From Bacteroidota bacterium (lineage in GTDB: Bacteria; Bacteroidota; Bacteroidia; Chitinophagales; Chitinophagaceae), in NCBI GenBank assembly GCA_043780315.1, contig JAYWCS010000009.1, positions 1 through 41,314 of the forward strand: DNA of 41,314 nt. The letters are read 5' to 3'. The notes under the pieces are model-generated. The model did not search any database. It was not told the origin of the DNA and saw nothing but the letters and a program-made list of their open reading frames with translations. This document shows, one piece after another, positions 38,205 to 41,314 of this stretch. The translations under genes were made by a program, and so were the position numbers. Every line of letters starts with the position of its first letter. Positions within the stretch are counted from its first letter, which is position 1.

Positions 38205-38552
38205 ATGAACGAATCATCGATCCATATACAGATTTCTCTGGATGAAAATAAGATACCCTCAGACATTACCTGGAGCGCCCCCGATAACTCAGCCGAAAAT
38301 ACCCGCAAAGCCAAGGCCTTCCTGCTTTCTCTCTGGGATGGGTCCGACAAAGCAGCCCTTCGCATCGACCTTTGGACCAACAATATGATGATCGATGAAA
38401 TGGAGGACTTTTTCTTTCAGACCCTGATGACGATGGCCGATACTTATGAGCGCGCCACCCGCCATGCGGATCTGGCTGATGAACTGAAGACTTTTGCCAA
38501 GGCCCTGTATCAGAAATCAAGGGCCAAAGAGCTGAATGAGAATAAATTATAA
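38205..38552 (+). CDS. gldC: Gliding motility protein GldC
   Basis: S.I.I...LDEN.IP..I.W.A.D, KA.LLS.WD, LRIDLWT..M..DEM..FF.QTL..MADT..RAT; true start ATG 38205. Confidence 0.93.
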   Translation: MNESSIHIQISLDENKIPSDITWSAPDNSAENTRKAKAFLLSLWDGSDKAALRIDLWTNNMMIDEMEDFFFQTLMTMADTYERATRHADLADELKTFAKALYQKSRAKELNENKL

Positions 38553-38560
38553 ATTATAAT

Positions 38561-39022
38561 ATGAGCCTGGAACAAAAAGTTATGACGGATCTGAAAACAG
38601 CTATGCTGGCCAAAGATGAAAAAGGTCTCCGTTCGCTCCGCGCGATCAAAGCCGCCATCCTGCTGGCAAAAACCTCGGAAGGGGCCGCCGGCGATCTAAA
38701 AGAAGAAGAAGAAGTGAAACTATTGCAGAAATTACTCAAGTCCCGAAAAGATTCGCTCGAAATATACCAAAAGCAAAACCGGCCCGACCTGGCCGTGAAA
38801 GAAGAAGAAGAAATTGCCATCATAGAAAAATTTCTGCCCGCCCAGATGAAACTGGATGAATTAAAAACCGTTCTTCAAAAAATAATAGCAGATACCGGTG
38901 CGGCTTCTCCCGGCGATATGGGAAAAGTAATGGGCATTGCGAGTAAACAACTGGCTGGTAAAATTGATGGAAAAAGTATCAGCAGCATGGTAAAAGAATT
39001 ACTCGCCACTCATAACGGGTAA
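38561..39022 (+). CDS. GatB/YqeY domain protein
   Basis: MSL..K...D.K.AM.AKD...L..LR.IK, R.DS..Y....R.DL...E, DMGKVMG, DGK. Confidence 0.93.
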   Translation: MSLEQKVMTDLKTAMLAKDEKGLRSLRAIKAAILLAKTSEGAAGDLKEEEEVKLLQKLLKSRKDSLEIYQKQNRPDLAVKEEEEIAIIEKFLPAQMKLDELKTVLQKIIADTGAASPGDMGKVMGIASKQLAGKIDGKSISSMVKELLATHNG

Positions 39023-40843
39023 GTCTAACCGCGTAGGATACTTTTCAGAAAAATAAATCGTTTGCGTCGCTTTGATGAAGTCGCTTTCCCTGGCTTCAAA
39101 TATATTGGGAATATATTTTTGCGGATTACGATCTATCATCGGAAACCAACTGCTCTGCACCTGAACCATCAGCCGATGTCCCTTTTTAAATACATGATTA
39201 ATCTGGTGCAGACCAATCACAAATTCTTCGGGTTTACCCGGCACCAACGGCTCCGGTATTGAAAAGCTCTTACGAAACCGTCCGCGGAATACCTCCATGG
39301 CCACCGGAAACTGATATCCACTCATTGTAAAATCCGCAGAATCCCGATCAGGATATACGTCGATTAATTTCACCACCCAGTCGGCATCCGTTCCCGTCGT
39401 AGAGGCAAATACATGTGCCTTCACCGCACCGGTGACCGTTAGATCGGCGGTGAGGGAATCTGAGGTAAAACTCAGCACGTCCGGACGGGTATAAACAAAA
39501 CGCTGGTCCTCTACCTGCCAGGACCTCCACCGGCTGCCCGGCCCATAAGTTGCCTCAATCGGAAGCATCCGGTAAGGAACGGGTTTTTGCGGATCACTGA
39601 TATAGGAAGCTGAACCAAAGTTCACTGGCTTTGTAAAGGATGCCGTATTTGCGGGTCCGGCATATAATGGTTTTATAATCGCCTGTCGGGGAGGCCAGCT
39701 GGTATAGGTTTTCCAGACATTCGATCCCGTTTGAAAGGCGTAGGCTTCTTCAAATTTCCCATCGCCGGAATCTTTCAGATAATAGTTAAACCATTTTGTC
39801 TGGAGGGCACGAAATGTTTCTCCCGTATTACTGCCAAAAGAAATTTTTCCGATGCTGTCTCCCTTGCCGCTGCCCCACTGACCATGAAACCAGGGTCCGA
39901 GCACAATATGATTTATATCTTTGGTATCTGCTTTTTCCAAATGGGCATACATCAGCTGCGGACCGTTCAGATCCTCCTGATCATAGTACCCGCCAACGTG
40001 CAGCTGCGGAATGTCTGTCTGCCGGATATACGAAAGCGGAGAATTTTTCTGCCAGAAAGTATCGTAGTTCGGATGATCGACAAAATGATTCCAGGTTGGA
40101 ATCTTTCCATGAAAGTATTTTGCGTTCACATTTTTTAAACTGCCGAGTTTCATATACCAGTTGAAAAGATCAAAGGCCGGAAAAGGGAAATCGCTGTCTG
40201 TGGCTGGAGTCGATTCAACTTCGTAGGTATATTCAAGGCCGTAGCTTAGTCGGAACGCCCCGTTATGGTGAAAATCATCTCCCAGGAACAAATCGCCCAT
40301 GCAAGCCTGTTCTGACGACGCTTTCAACGCCGGATGCGGATCTGCCGCACCCACCAGCGCGAGCCATCCGGAATAAGAAATTCCCATAATACCCGCCTTT
40401 CCGTTATTGCCTTTAATATTATGCAGTAACCAGTCGATCGTATCCCAGGTATCGGTGCTTTCATCCACCGCAGCTTTTTGATTCTGATGAATCAGCGGCT
40501 GATGGATCTCCATTTTTCCCTGGCTCTTATATTTCCCGCGAATATCCTGAAATACGAATAGGAAACCGCTGGCAGACAGATTGTAATAGGCCGAGCCGGG
40601 GGATGGTGCAAAAGGAATATTTTCCGGGGGCATACTTTCTTCCGCACCATAAGGTGTCCGATTAATTAAAAAAGGGAAATGCTCATTCGTGCCCACGGGA
40701 CTAAGCACCACCGTATATAATAAGATTCCATCCCGCATGGGAATACTGTAATTGGTTCTTACATATTGGTAAAAAGGGGATGTTTGAGAAAACGATATAG
40801 ACACATTCATCGCTAGCAGAAAAAGCAGAAAAAAATTTCTCAT
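38999..40843 (-). CDS. Exported CocE/NonD family hydrolase (alpha-amino-acid ester hydrolase-like)
   Basis: IPMRDG..L.T, RTPY, QDIRGK..S.G, nucleophile GISYSG, GDDFHHNGAFRL, GPW.HG. Confidence 0.92.
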   Translation of the reverse strand: MRNFFLLFLLAMNVSISFSQTSPFYQYVRTNYSIPMRDGILLYTVVLSPVGTNEHFPFLINRTPYGAEESMPPENIPFAPSPGSAYYNLSASGFLFVFQDIRGKYKSQGKMEIHQPLIHQNQKAAVDESTDTWDTIDWLLHNIKGNNGKAGIMGISYSGWLALVGAADPHPALKASSEQACMGDLFLGDDFHHNGAFRLSYGLEYTYEVESTPATDSDFPFPAFDLFNWYMKLGSLKNVNAKYFHGKIPTWNHFVDHPNYDTFWQKNSPLSYIRQTDIPQLHVGGYYDQEDLNGPQLMYAHLEKADTKDINHIVLGPWFHGQWGSGKGDSIGKISFGSNTGETFRALQTKWFNYYLKDSGDGKFEEAYAFQTGSNVWKTYTSWPPRQAIIKPLYAGPANTASFTKPVNFGSASYISDPQKPVPYRMLPIEATYGPGSRWRSWQVEDQRFVYTRPDVLSFTSDSLTADLTVTGAVKAHVFASTTGTDADWVVKLIDVYPDRDSADFTMSGYQFPVAMEVFRGRFRKSFSIPEPLVPGKPEEFVIGLHQINHVFKKGHRLMVQVQSSWFPMIDRNPQKYIPNIFEARESDFIKATQTIYFSEKYPTRLDLPVMSGE

Positions 40844-40863
40844 GGCGAAATTATTGAAATTAT

Positions 40864-41154
40864 TTATTCATAAATTCTCAGGCGTGACCGGAGCGTTTCC
40901 GCTTCCTGTTGCAGATCTTTTATTTTGTCGAGCATATGATGAAGCGCATCGATACCCGGCACATTAATATGGAGCTCGTAATACATTCTGCTGAATTTTT
41001 CGAGCGAACTTATTTCTTCTACTAAAATAAATCGTTGATTTTCGCGGTAGCTGATGGACAGTAACCCATAGGTTTCGAGGGTTTCGATAAACGACGGTTC
41101 CACTTTGTAATAGGAACAGTATGTTTCGACTAATATAATTTCTTCCTCTGCCAT
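40864..41154 (-). CDS. cbpM: Chaperone modulator CbpM
   Basis: C....VE..FI..L...GL, R....L.IN..G, LR.RL..YE; directly downstream of a J-domain gene. Confidence 0.88.
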   Translation of the reverse strand: MAEEEIILVETYCSYYKVEPSFIETLETYGLLSISYRENQRFILVEEISSLEKFSRMYYELHINVPGIDALHHMLDKIKDLQQEAETLRSRLRIYE

Positions 41155-41164
41155 GGCGGGCTTA

Positions 41165-41314
41165 TTATTTCATTTTCGAAAGTTCGGTAAATAGCTCTTT
41201 CTGCTGCGTGGTCAGATTCTGTGGAATTAAAATATTGTACGTCACGAAAAGATCCCCAAACTGCCCTTCCTTTTTATATACCGGATATCCTTTCCCTTTT
41301 AAACGTGCCTTGGT
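41165..41314 (-). CDS. cbpA: C-terminal end of a DnaJ-class / CbpA chaperone (truncated by the window edge; not in the ORF track)
   Basis: Reverse strand reads TKARLKGKGYPVYKKEGQFGDLFVTYNILIPQNLTTQQKELFTELSKMK*, a DnaJ_C signature. Confidence 0.88.
   Translation of the reverse strand, partial: TKARLKGKGYPVYKKEGQFGDLFVTYNILIPQNLTTQQKELFTELSKMK

Noticed and set aside
38999-39022. 24-bp convergent overlap of the yqeY and cocE 3' ends
   Set aside because: Short tail-to-tail overlaps are common and imply no special function
1-41314. tRNA, rRNA, riboswitch, IS element or prophage
   Set aside because: Intergenic gaps are short, and I saw no cloverleaf, known aptamer, terminal inverted repeats, transposase or integrase; an Infernal/Rfam scan would be needed to exclude small RNAs

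Overview
Gene-dense chromosomal window from a Bacteroidota bacterium, probably Chitinophagaceae-like (gldC, a T9SS C-terminal-domain protein, many TAnnTTTG -7 promoters, Asp-type MurA). It holds about 40 CDSs, mostly housekeeping or envelope genes (serC, obgE, kdsB, rlmD, cysS, msrB, adk, tatC, gmk, murA, gldC, cbpM/cbpA). I found no rRNA, tRNA, CRISPR array, transposase, integrase or phage genes. Main oddities: (1) an intact rhomboid protease is followed by a rhomboid that has lost both catalytic residues, then a membrane-anchored EEP hydrolase; (2) a kdsB-ROK-kdnB-like cluster suggests C8-modified Kdo, but kdnA is not in the window; (3) a GT2 / SAM-methyltransferase / GT-C-like operon lies beside lipoproteins rich in O-glycosylation motifs; (4) a secreted beta-lactamase-fold protein lacks its SxxK and YxN motifs; (5) a GC-rich, two-unit 21-bp minisatellite sits just upstream of the serC-DUF1015 promoter; (6) a lipoprotein gene is split at an A7 tract. 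All functional calls come from motif recognition by eye; no database searches were run.
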